Assembly (NCBI GenBank): GCA_046292385.1
Contig: JBKBRF010000012.1
Location: 32,001-96,000, forward strand
DNA length: 64,000 nt
Reading direction: 5' to 3'
Source of the DNA: Armatimonadota bacterium
GTDB taxonomy: Bacteria > Armatimonadota > SYMT01
The notes beneath the pieces were generated by a model, which was not told the DNA's origin, ran no database searches, and was given only the letters and a program-made list of their open reading frames with translations. A program made the position numbers and the translations under genes. Positions 33,330-41,758 of this stretch are shown here, one piece after another (positions within the stretch are counted from its first letter, which is position 1; each line of letters opens with the position of its first letter).

Positions 33330-34217
33330 CTAGCGGACGGTGTAGGCGAAGTGCGAGAAGACGCCGTTCCCGCCCCCGAAACCGCCCCCACCACCAGCGG
33401 TGCGAAACGTGAGCCGATTCGGAGGGAGTAGAGTCAGGCTCTCGATGTGGCTGATGTCTTTGCCATCCGACGTTTTGCTGCCGGGCGGAAGCACGTGGAA
33501 GACCCGCGAGCCATTCCAGCCGTACACCGCATCGGCAGTGTGCCAGTAGGCATAACCGTTGTCCGCCAGGACCACTCCAGCGATGGAGTTGATGGTGTCG
33601 CCGAGGATCGGGATGGGCTCGCCGGTGCGGACTACCAGCTTGGTAGTCCGATCATTCGCAACGAACAGTGAGGTGCAGTCGGCCGTGCCGTTGAGGTCGA
33701 GATCGACCCGCGTCACGAAGGCCAGGTCACCGCGGCGGTTTCCCACCATCACGGAGGAAGCCCCGTTGTAGTACTGACCGCCGCCAGGCGCCGGAGTAAG
33801 CGCGCGAGCGAATTCGGAGAGGGTGCCGCCCATGCCGGGTCCAGGAGCGAGGCCGGACTCACCCTCGGGGCCTCTCGGCCCGGTGGGACCCTGCGGGCCT
33901 GCGGGGCCACGCTCGCCGACGGGACCTGCCGGACCGGTGGTGCCGGCTGGTCCTACGGGACCCTCGGGGCCGGCGGGACCGCGGAGTTCGGTGCGGATGC
34001 TGGACGCGAGATCGTCTGCGTGGATGCTGCCGTCCTGCACGTGCTGGGAGGTGACCCCGTTCGCGGCGAGGCTGATCTTGGCCTTCGGTCCGGAGCCGCC
34101 GCCCGAGAGACCGGCGCCGGCGATCACCTGCATCAGCGGTTTCCGACCTGGGCCGGCCACCGCAACCCCGCTGGCGACAAACAGCCCCGCCAGGAACCCC
34201 ACCGCTACCTTCCGCAT
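33330..34217 (-). CDS. secreted protein with a collagen-like Gly-X-Y tract
   Basis: Signal peptide MRKVAVGFLAGLFVASGVAVA; about 14 consecutive G-X-Y triplets (GPAGPEGPV...GPEGESG); beta-rich C-terminus. Confidence 0.75.
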   Translation of the reverse strand: MRKVAVGFLAGLFVASGVAVAGPGRKPLMQVIAGAGLSGGGSGPKAKISLAANGVTSQHVQDGSIHADDLASSIRTELRGPAGPEGPVGPAGTTGPAGPVGERGPAGPQGPTGPRGPEGESGLAPGPGMGGTLSEFARALTPAPGGGQYYNGASSVMVGNRRGDLAFVTRVDLDLNGTADCTSLFVANDRTTKLVVRTGEPIPILGDTINSIAGVVLADNGYAYWHTADAVYGWNGSRVFHVLPPGSKTSDGKDISHIESLTLLPPNRLTFRTAGGGGGFGGGNGVFSHFAYTVR

Positions 34218-34234
34218 GGCCGCGTCCTCCCTTG

Positions 34235-34621
34235 TTAGAGCAGACCCTCCGCGGCCTGTCGCCGCAAAACGCCGAGCTCCTGCTCTGCCTTCTCCGGAGT
34301 GAGATTCTGCAGGGTTTCCTCGTCCCAGTTGATCGGGATCGGCCGGTTGAGCTCCTTCCGCAGCTCAACCACGCCCGCCAGCAGGATCTCCGCCCCGGAG
34401 CGAACGACAGGGTAGCCCCACAGTTCTCGCCACTCGTTGACGTCCAGCCCCAGGCCGCGCGCGAATCGCTCCACCACATCCAGCTCGACCTCGTGCCCGT
34501 TCCAGAGCTTCTCGATCGCGGGGCGGCTGATCTCCAGGCGCATATGGGCCGCGTGGCGGGTGAGGTTGCGCGCCTCTAGCGCGGCCTGCACCCGGGCGGC
34601 TCGTTGTTCTCGCAGCGACAT
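34235..34621 (-). CDS. HTH phage repressor (CI-like)
   Basis: Xre-like HTH (LTRHAAHMRLEISRPAIEKLWNG); first gene of the leftward operon at the divergent switch. Confidence 0.7.
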   Translation of the reverse strand: MSLREQRAARVQAALEARNLTRHAAHMRLEISRPAIEKLWNGHEVELDVVERFARGLGLDVNEWRELWGYPVVRSGAEILLAGVVELRKELNRPIPINWDEETLQNLTPEKAEQELGVLRRQAAEGLL

Positions 34622-34738
34622 CACGGGATGTTGTAACGCACCTTCTAAAGCAACCGTTACGGCGCTTGACTAAACAGGTGTTGTCATCGCAGAGACAACA
34701 TGGTAGAACTCGTCTGTAGTTGTCTTCGCGATGACAAC
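34603..34738. promoter_or_regulatory. lysis-lysogeny switch: operators GTTGTC-N8-GACAAC and a rightward promoter
   Basis: TGTTGTC-ATCGCAGA-GACAACA (34679-34700), GTTGTC-TTCGCGAT-GACAAC (34719-34738) and a degenerate copy at 34603-34622. TTGTCA-N17-TAGAAC overlaps the first operator. Confidence 0.75.
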
Positions 34739-34749
34739 ACGAGGGCAAG

Positions 34750-35016
34750 ATGCCAGTTGAACTGACCCCAGAGGAGATGGCGTTCGCAGACCGGGTGGAC
34801 CGCTACTGTCGCGAACGCAGGACCCAGCCGGAGATGGCGGCGCTCGAACGCCTCAGCCTCGGCGGATTCCGCGCGAGGCTGCAGCGCTGTGGGCTTGAGG
34901 TAGTGAGCACCACCGAACGCCGCCTGGTCCGGCTCCGGAGCGGTGAGCCTTTCATGGAAGCCCGGGAACGTGGCGAGTTCGTCACCGCTCCGGCCGAACC
35001 CGCGGAGGTGGCCTAA
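34750..35016 (+). CDS. Cro-like early regulator (tentative)
   Basis: First rightward gene; TQPEMAALERLSLGGFRARL is an HTH-like segment. Confidence 0.55.
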   Translation: MPVELTPEEMAFADRVDRYCRERRTQPEMAALERLSLGGFRARLQRCGLEVVSTTERRLVRLRSGEPFMEARERGEFVTAPAEPAEVA

Positions 35017-35282
35017 TGGGCAACACCATCCGCATCACCCCGTGTACTCGGCGCGCGATCGCCCCTCCCCCTCCCCTTTCCGACCCTCTCGCAGACCTTC
35101 CGGCCGTGCTGAAGGTCAAGGAGGCGGCCGAGCTGGTGCGGATGTCCGAGCGCGCGCTGTACGAGGCAATCCGCCGCGGCGAATTCCCGGGCCAGAAGGT
35201 TCGCGGCGCCTGGCGCGTACCAAAGCAGTTGCTCGCACAGTGGCTCTCCGGCGAGTGGCAGTCGGAACGGAAGGCGGCCTGA
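35016..35282 (+). CDS. excisionase-like HTH_17 protein
   Basis: VLKVKEAAELVRMSERALYEAIRRGEFPGQKVRGAWRVPK. Confidence 0.85.
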   Translation: MGNTIRITPCTRRAIAPPPPLSDPLADLPAVLKVKEAAELVRMSERALYEAIRRGEFPGQKVRGAWRVPKQLLAQWLSGEWQSERKAA

Positions 35283-35597
35283 AGATGCCTGACGTCGGTC
35301 AGATCCTAGTCGTCCTGGCGCCGTTGGTGAGCGCGCTCTGGGATCTCTACCAGCAGCGCCGGCCACCCGTGAGTCGGCCGCGCCGGTACCGGCGGAGGTC
35401 GCGCAGATCGTAGGCGCCCGCCGGCAGCCGGGGAGGTGATCTGCGCCACGGCCGAAGGGCCGGACAGCGGGCCACCCATCCTGAGATGCCACGAGGCGGG
35501 CAAAGTGTGCAGCCGAGCAAGCGGGCTGCAAAAAGGGAAGCCCTCACGCGGCGGCTACCACGTGAGGGCCTGATGAAAGGTCGGTGCTTTCGTGAGA

Positions 35598-36077
35598 ATG
35601 ATACCCCCACGACGATCCAGGTGGCAAGCAGGCCGGCCGCTAAAGCAGGGCCGGTACGACTTCCTCGGCACGTACTACCACGACTTCGAGAAGGCGCGAG
35701 CCCGCGCGCAGGCTTACGCGGACCAGACCTTCGCCTCAGCGTCGATCTTCGACCGCATGGAGCGTCGCTGGATCTACGTCTACCCCGCGGAGTACCGCTG
35801 CCACCGGTGCAGCCACATCCTGAAGGTCCCGCCGGAGACGATCCTCTCGACCGTTCATTGCTGCGAGCACTGTGCTCCCGAGGCCTGGGACGCGGCGGTT
35901 CGCCAAGCGCTGGAGAAGCTCACTGCCGCCGCTCCGGACAGCGCACTGCTGCTCCCGTTCCTGATCAAGGTCGGGGACACCACCGAACAGATCGACTCGT
36001 ACCTCGTGGCCGCCTACCTCGGCGCACGGCTGGTAGGGCGGGATCGCTGGACGCTCGGGGAGGCCGGCCGTGTGTAG
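35598..36077 (+). CDS. hypothetical phage protein with CxxC pairs
   Basis: Co-oriented early ORF with CHRC...CEHC. Confidence 0.5.
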   Translation: MIPPRRSRWQAGRPLKQGRYDFLGTYYHDFEKARARAQAYADQTFASASIFDRMERRWIYVYPAEYRCHRCSHILKVPPETILSTVHCCEHCAPEAWDAAVRQALEKLTAAAPDSALLLPFLIKVGDTTEQIDSYLVAAYLGARLVGRDRWTLGEAGRV

Positions 36078-36309
36078 CCACCACGCCTCCCGCATCTGCT
36101 GTGCCAACGACCGCTGCCGGCGCCCCATGCCGGAGTGGGTGGCCAAGCTCACTCGGCGCCACTTCGGCCGGCCGCTGTGCCCGTTCTGCACGCCGACTCC
36201 GATGCCCCGTCGCCGGATCCCGCGCGGCATCGTGATCAACGTCTCGCACCTGGTCTCCGGCCCCCGGCCGGTGCCGGTGCTCCTGCGCGAGGAGGTGACC
36301 CGTGGCTAA
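36070..36309 (+). CDS. small Cys-rich hypothetical protein
   Basis: Overlaps its neighbours; CANDRC...CPFC. Confidence 0.45.
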   Translation: MCSHHASRICCANDRCRRPMPEWVAKLTRRHFGRPLCPFCTPTPMPRRRIPRGIVINVSHLVSGPRPVPVLLREEVTRG

Positions 36310-36826
36310 GACCCTGCGGCCCGAACTCGGTGCGCGGGCTCGGGCGATCGTCCAGCATCGCGGCTTGAGTGTCCGGGCGGCGGCCGCCCGGTGCGGAATC
36401 TGCCGCCTCAGCCTGGCCGATATGCTGGACGGCGTCCCGCTACGGCTGGAACTGATCGAGGCATTCGCTCGCGCCTTCGATGAGGACGTCAACGAGTGGC
36501 GTGAACTCGCTGGCTATCCGCCAATACTGCCGACCGCCGACCCAGCGTCAGAAGCCCGCCGTGATGACGACCCCGAGCGGGACGAGCTTCGGAACGCTGC
36601 CTTCGTCGTCGCCTCCGAAGTCCTTCGCGCCCGCCGCAAGCATCGGCGACTCGCCAGCGCCCATGAAGGCTTTGGGGTCCTGGCGGAAGAGGTTGCGGAG
36701 TTGCTCGACGCGCTTCGCTCCGATGACGCGGAAGCGATCTCGAAGGAGTCCGTGCAGGTTGCGGCGGTCGCCCTACGGATGGCAACGCGGGAATGGCTCC
36801 CGGCTCAGGAGGTGACCCGTGGCTAA
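36302..36826 (+). CDS. HTH protein paralogous to the repressor, fused to a MazG-like helical domain
   Basis: FARAFDEDVNEWRELAGYP versus repressor FARGLGLDVNEWRELWGYP; C-terminal HEGFGVLAEEVAELLDA...ESVQVAAVALR. Confidence 0.65.
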   Translation: MAKTLRPELGARARAIVQHRGLSVRAAAARCGICRLSLADMLDGVPLRLELIEAFARAFDEDVNEWRELAGYPPILPTADPASEARRDDDPERDELRNAAFVVASEVLRARRKHRRLASAHEGFGVLAEEVAELLDALRSDDAEAISKESVQVAAVALRMATREWLPAQEVTRG

Positions 36827-37232
36827 CACCGCTGTCTGTTGCTGGGAAGACGGGAAGCTGTCGAGCTACTACACCGACAACATCCCGGCCCGGCTCATCG
36901 AGTCGCTGGAGGCGTACATCACCGAGCGGCGCCCAACCGGGAGCTTCCTGCGGGCCGTGCTCCACAACGACCTGCGGGAGAGCGTAGGGCGGGCCGACCC
37001 CCAATCCCTGGCCGCGTTGCCCCACCTCGTGTCGCTGCTCTACACGCAGGCGCCGGCCCCCTGCTGGGGCTCTCCGGAGGCGGTCGAAGCTTGGCTCGCA
37101 GGCGGTGAGGAGGTCTCCACGCTCCACGAGACCTCGGCCGCGTGGGAGCAGGTCCAGGACCTGCTGACCGAGTGCGCCGGCGAGATCACCCCCGAGAGCG
37201 AAGAGGTGGGCTACCACCAGAGGATCCGCTAA
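36819..37232 (+). CDS. hypothetical phage protein
   Basis: GGAGG RBS; G.FLRAVL.NDL...GRAD...CWGS.E.V..W motif that I recall from uncharacterised phage proteins. Confidence 0.65.
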   Translation: MANTAVCCWEDGKLSSYYTDNIPARLIESLEAYITERRPTGSFLRAVLHNDLRESVGRADPQSLAALPHLVSLLYTQAPAPCWGSPEAVEAWLAGGEEVSTLHETSAAWEQVQDLLTECAGEITPESEEVGYHQRIR

Positions 37233-37429
37233 TGCGCTGGATGCTGCAGTACAAGCGCCCCGGCTGGCGCGCGTGGGTGGAGATCCCGATCGAGCCGCAG
37301 ACCGAGACGGCGGCCTGGCTCGCGTTCGATGCCGCCAAGGACAACGAGGACGTGTCGGAAGCGCGCCTCCTCTGCGACGGCCAGGTGCTCGACCACCACC
37401 AGAAGGAGGCCGCCGATGTCGCCGCGTGA
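37232..37429 (+). CDS. hypothetical phage protein
   Basis: TAATG coupling to the previous ORF. Confidence 0.5.
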   Translation: MRWMLQYKRPGWRAWVEIPIEPQTETAAWLAFDAAKDNEDVSEARLLCDGQVLDHHQKEAADVAA

Positions 37430-37778
37430 CGACCGCCGTCAGCCCCGCCGCGGGAGGCCCACCTACCAGACCGCGGCGAAGATGGTCGACGCCGCCTTCG
37501 GGCCGGAACAGCAGGAGCCCTCGGGTCCGGACCTGCCCCGCGAGCGCGCGGAGATCCCGGGCGCGCAGCTCGCCGCCCTGCAGGGCCGCTGGGAGGAGCT
37601 GAACCAGGCGTCCCGCCAGATCTCCGCCGACGCCGCCCGCCTCCAGCGGGAGCACCAGCGGCTCCGCGGGGAGTGGCGGAAGGTCGCGACGTGGCGCTTC
37701 GGGCTCTGGCTCTGGACCGCCGCGGTGGCGTTCAGCGGCTCTCTGATCCTCTGGACGCTCTGGAGGTACCAGCCGTGA
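37416..37778 (+). CDS. coiled-coil protein with a C-terminal TM helix
   Basis: AAGGAGG RBS; hydrophobic C-terminus. Confidence 0.55.
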   Translation: MSPRDDRRQPRRGRPTYQTAAKMVDAAFGPEQQEPSGPDLPRERAEIPGAQLAALQGRWEELNQASRQISADAARLQREHQRLRGEWRKVATWRFGLWLWTAAVAFSGSLILWTLWRYQP

Positions 37779-39103
37779 CCCGCGGGCTCGCCTCCCCCGT
37801 CCGCCTCGCGTACAAGTGCGGGCACCAGGTCGTGCAGACGATGCATGGCTGTCTGGATGCCCTGCGCCTCCGCCAGGCGCTCGGGCTGGACGGAGAGTGC
37901 CCCGCCTGCCAATCCCTATCCCCCGCGGATAGGGCGCTGATCGCGGCTCACCGGCGCCGGATGGTGCCGTACGACCGCGCTGTCCTCGCCGGGGATGGGG
38001 AGCTCCCGCCCCGGCCGGAGATCGATGAGATGACCCAGCACGCTCTCGCGCGGCAAGAGGCTGCGCTCGCTCAACAGTCCCAGCAAGCGCCCACCCGGGC
38101 CGTGGCGCCGGTGGAGTTCACGGAAGAGCAGCTCCGCGTGATTACCGAAACGGTCGCCAAAGACTGCAGCCCGTTGGAGCTGCAGCTCTTCCTGCACACC
38201 GCCAAGCGCACCGGCCTCGACCCGCTCTTGAAGCAGATCTACGCCCTCAAACTCGACGGGCGGCTCACCATCCACACCGGGATCGATGGCGTCCGTCTGA
38301 TCGCGGAGCGGACCGGCCGGTACCGCGGCGTCTCGGCGCCGGAGTGGTGCGGCGAGGACGGCGTCTGGAAGGACATCTGGCTCAGCGAGACTCCGCCGGC
38401 TGCGGCGCGGGTCTACGTCTACCGCAGCGACTGCGCCCAGGGCATCCCGGGGGTGGTGATGTGGCGGGAGTTCGTCCGCAAGACCAAGGACGGCCACGTG
38501 ATGAAGATGTGGCGGGAGAAGCCCGCCCACATGCTCTCCAAGTGCGCAGAGATGAACGCCTTCAAGAAGGCGTTCCCCGCGGAGACCCAGGACCTGGCGA
38601 TCGACGTGGAAGAGCCGGCACCGCGGGAGGTCTACGTCCGCGAGGAGCGGGAGAGCGCTGGCGATCGGCGCGCCCTGGCCGCCACCCAGGCCGGGGAGAC
38701 GCAGGCCAACTACGGCGCCGCCACCGGCGCCCGCGGGAGCCAGTGCCCGGAATGCCACGCCCCCGCCGACCGGCCGCACACCCGCACCTGCAGCCGCCGC
38801 GAGGGAGGCGAGTTGGAGCTGAAGCCTCCTGGCCCCGGCCGGCCCGCATCCGAAGAGCGCCGGGCGCAGATGCGCCGGATGTTCGCCGCGTACGCCGCCG
38901 CGGATGGCCCGGACGGTGATGACGAGCTGATGCGCCGGCACTGTAGCGCCGTGCTCTCCCGCTCGGAAGGGGTGCCGATGGAGGTGACCTCCCGTTCCAG
39001 CCTCACGACGGAGCAGCTCGCCACCTGTGCGGACTACTTCGAGCGCCACGGCCTGCCGCTGCTGGACGACGGGCCGGTCGAGGACAACCCGTTCGAGGAC
39101 TAG
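37775..39103 (+). CDS. bet: phage recombination protein Bet (Redbeta/RecT-like single-strand annealing protein)
   Basis: EL.LFL..AKRTGLDPL.KQIY...TGIDG.RLIAERTG.Y.G...W.D.W...PP.AA.V.VYR...MW..KP.HML.KCAE..A.KKAFP; start could be 38030. Confidence 0.9.
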   Translation: MTRGLASPVRLAYKCGHQVVQTMHGCLDALRLRQALGLDGECPACQSLSPADRALIAAHRRRMVPYDRAVLAGDGELPPRPEIDEMTQHALARQEAALAQQSQQAPTRAVAPVEFTEEQLRVITETVAKDCSPLELQLFLHTAKRTGLDPLLKQIYALKLDGRLTIHTGIDGVRLIAERTGRYRGVSAPEWCGEDGVWKDIWLSETPPAAARVYVYRSDCAQGIPGVVMWREFVRKTKDGHVMKMWREKPAHMLSKCAEMNAFKKAFPAETQDLAIDVEEPAPREVYVREERESAGDRRALAATQAGETQANYGAATGARGSQCPECHAPADRPHTRTCSRREGGELELKPPGPGRPASEERRAQMRRMFAAYAAADGPDGDDELMRRHCSAVLSRSEGVPMEVTSRSSLTTEQLATCADYFERHGLPLLDDGPVEDNPFED

Positions 39104-39186
39104 GCACTGAGTGCGCGAGGCCGGGTGCTCGCAACACCCGGCCTCGCTGCAGACATTGGGGCTGATCGTGGCTGGAGGCTCCCGGC

Positions 39187-40707
39187 ATGTCTGGCTTCTT
39201 GCATATTACCACCCTTTGCTTGCCGCTGGTACTGATGGCTTCACCAGAGAAAGACCTACTGGCGACTCTTGCCGCTCGCGGCATCACGGTCGTGCGCGAC
39301 CAGGGCAGGATGACCGCTCATCTGGAGTATCCGGATGAGACGGTCGGCACCATCTACCGCGAGCTCACCCTCGCGGGCGCTTCCGCTGGCCTCTCGCTCT
39401 ACTTCGTCGACAACTGGCTCGACGTGGTCAAGCCGGTCCGGGTCAGCGTCTATGCCCGGCTCCGCGGCCTGGCGCGCTTCGGGACCAACCCGAAGCCGTC
39501 CCTCGGAGACCTGGCCGCCAGCATCACCCTCAAGGAGGACGTGGTGCGGCAGCATCTGATTCACTGGTACTTCCACCCGCAGCCGGACAACCTGGAGTGG
39601 CTCTTCTTCCGGGCCGCCCTGGAGATCCAGCGCCGGCCGGGCGGGACGTACGAGTTCCAGCGCGTGCTCCTGGAGGACCTCCTCCACCCGCGGCACCTGG
39701 ATCAGTTCGATGGCATGGTCCGCGCGTTCAACGGCCAACGCGCGTTCCTCTTTACCGAGCAGTATGGACCTGGCTCGGTGGCGGCCGTGGCACAACCCCT
39801 TTCGGCCCCGCTCTCGGGCGGGATCGTGGCACACACCCTTTCGGTCACGCCGGACGGCGCGATCGTGGCCCCCCTGTCGAACCCGTCTGGATTTCAGACC
39901 CCTTACCCGTCTGAAAACCAGACTCGTCTGAAATCCAGACCCCTCGGGATTCCAGACGGGTTCGTGGCTGACCCCCCGGGGAACCCGTCTGGATTTCAGA
40001 CCCCTGGCAATCCCCCTTCCCCCCCATACCCCCCTATCCCCCGGGAGCCTGAGCCTGAGCCTGGCGGCGGCATGGCTCAGAGTACGGCTACCGAGTCCGG
40101 AGAGAGCGCTGGCAGCGAAGAGCGAGCCAGAGCCGCCGCCCTCCTGGCGGACCGGGGCTTTCCCGAACCGGACGCAGCCCGGCTGCTCGATCACCACCCG
40201 GAGGCCCCTCACTGGGCGCTGTGCTGGGGGGAGTGGATCCGGGCGAAGCGCAATCTCCGGGACCCGCTCAGCTTCCTGGCCAAGATGATCCGCGCCGCCT
40301 GCGCCGGCGATGCCGACGCTCGCCGGGAGCCGTGGGCCTACACGGCGCTCCGCGAGCGCGAAGAGCGCGAGGCGGAGCGGGTCCGCGCCCAGGTCAACCG
40401 GCAGCAGGTCGCCGCCGCCCGCCGTGAGGCGGCCGTCACGCAGCCCGCGCCGGAGATCCCCGCGGAGCTGCGGCCGCTCTGGGAGACCCTGTTGCCGGCG
40501 ATCCGGGCGAAGAGCCCGACGCTCTTCGGGCTGCTGGAGAGCGCGGCGCCGGTGCGGATCGACGCCGGCTGCCTGGTGATCCTGACCTCCGCGGCGGACC
40601 ACCTGCGGCGGAAGTGCCGCCAGGTCCGGGAGATCGCGGCGGGCGCTGGCCTGGAGCTCGACGACGTGCGCTTCGTGTCCGAGGCGCGGGAGAACGCGAA
40701 TGGCTGA
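39187..40707 (+). CDS. probable phage replication initiator with internal iterons and a DnaA-N-like C-terminus
   Basis: Position after bet; internal repeat cluster; LRDPLSFLAKMI motif and C-terminal LWETLL.AI......F..L....PV..D...LVI. Confidence 0.6.
   Translation: MSGFLHITTLCLPLVLMASPEKDLLATLAARGITVVRDQGRMTAHLEYPDETVGTIYRELTLAGASAGLSLYFVDNWLDVVKPVRVSVYARLRGLARFGTNPKPSLGDLAASITLKEDVVRQHLIHWYFHPQPDNLEWLFFRAALEIQRRPGGTYEFQRVLLEDLLHPRHLDQFDGMVRAFNGQRAFLFTEQYGPGSVAAVAQPLSAPLSGGIVAHTLSVTPDGAIVAPLSNPSGFQTPYPSENQTRLKSRPLGIPDGFVADPPGNPSGFQTPGNPPSPPYPPIPREPEPEPGGGMAQSTATESGESAGSEERARAAALLADRGFPEPDAARLLDHHPEAPHWALCWGEWIRAKRNLRDPLSFLAKMIRAACAGDADARREPWAYTALREREEREAERVRAQVNRQQVAAARREAAVTQPAPEIPAELRPLWETLLPAIRAKSPTLFGLLESAAPVRIDAGCLVILTSAADHLRRKCRQVREIAAGAGLELDDVRFVSEARENANG
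39879..40005. repeat. iteron-like repeats (candidate phage origin)
   Basis: Two identical 25-mers GAACCCGTCTGGATTTCAGACCCCT (39879-39903 and 39981-40005) flank GTCTG-N5-CAGAC variants. Confidence 0.75.
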
Positions 40708-41758
40708 CAAGACCGGCATCGAATGGACCGATGCCACGTGGAACCCGATCCGCGGCTGTACGCGGGTCTCCGAGGGCTGCCGGAACTGCTACGCGGAGCG
40801 GGTTGCCGGCCGCTTCAGCGGCCCCGGGCAGCCGTATGAAGGCCTCGCTCGGATGACCGCCTCCGGCCCGCGCTGGACCGGGGCGGTGTGCCTGGTGCCG
40901 GAGCACTTGGAGGATCCGATCCGTTGGCGAAAGCCGCGCCGGATCTTCGTCAACTCGATGAGCGACCTCTTCCACGAGGGGCTCGGCGACGCGGAGATCG
41001 CCCGGGTTTTCGAGGTGATCTGCCGCAGCCTGAAGGGCCGGCAGCCGCACGAGCGCCACACCTACCAGATCCTCACGAAGCGCGCCGAGAGGATGGAGCA
41101 GTGGTTCGAGTGGGCGGAGCGGAAGTATCCGGGCTGGTTCGGCTCTGACGGGCTGCTCGACCTCGGGGACGTGCAACTCGGGGTCTCGGTGGAGAGCCAG
41201 CAGACGGCAGAGGAGCGGATCCCACACCTGCTGCGGGTGCCGGTGCGGGTGCGATTCCTCTCCTGCGAACCTCTGCTCGGGCCGGTGGACCTCACTCTCG
41301 TGGACCATCTCTTCGGCTGGATCAACGCCCTCACCGGACAGACCTTTGACGGGGACAACGGCAACCCAGTCGGCTCGATTAGCGCCCGCGGTGTCGATTG
41401 GGTGATTGTCGGCGGCGAGAGTGGCCCCGGCGCGCGGCCGATGCATCCGGACTGGGCACGTACCCTGCGGGACCAGTGCCAGGCCGCCGGCGTGGCCTTC
41501 CATTTCAAGCAGTGGGGCGAGTGGAAGCCGATTTCGGAGATGCCCGAAGACGAGTACGACCCGCTCTATGAGCCGGCCCCGGCCCGCGATCCCGAAGCTA
41601 CGCGTCGGTGCCGCGTTGCCACTCGCGCGATCCAGTGGGACGGCGGCGATGGATACCAGTTGATCCAGGGGCACTGCGGCTACCTGACATTCCGCGTCGG
41701 CAAGAAGCGCGCGGGCCGCACCCTGGATGGGCGCACCTGGGATGAGTTCCCCGCGTGA
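40700..41758 (+). CDS. DUF5131 / phage Gp37-Gp68 family protein
   Basis: TGIEWTDATWNP..GCT.VS.GC.NCYA, IFVNSMSDLFH, QILTKR, FLSCEPLLG, WVIVGGESG and FKQWG. Confidence 0.93.
   Translation: MADKTGIEWTDATWNPIRGCTRVSEGCRNCYAERVAGRFSGPGQPYEGLARMTASGPRWTGAVCLVPEHLEDPIRWRKPRRIFVNSMSDLFHEGLGDAEIARVFEVICRSLKGRQPHERHTYQILTKRAERMEQWFEWAERKYPGWFGSDGLLDLGDVQLGVSVESQQTAEERIPHLLRVPVRVRFLSCEPLLGPVDLTLVDHLFGWINALTGQTFDGDNGNPVGSISARGVDWVIVGGESGPGARPMHPDWARTLRDQCQAAGVAFHFKQWGEWKPISEMPEDEYDPLYEPAPARDPEATRRCRVATRAIQWDGGDGYQLIQGHCGYLTFRVGKKRAGRTLDGRTWDEFPA

Noticed and set aside
39780..40005. Possible CRISPR array
   Set aside because: The repeats lack regular unique spacers, lie inside an ORF, and no cas genes are present.
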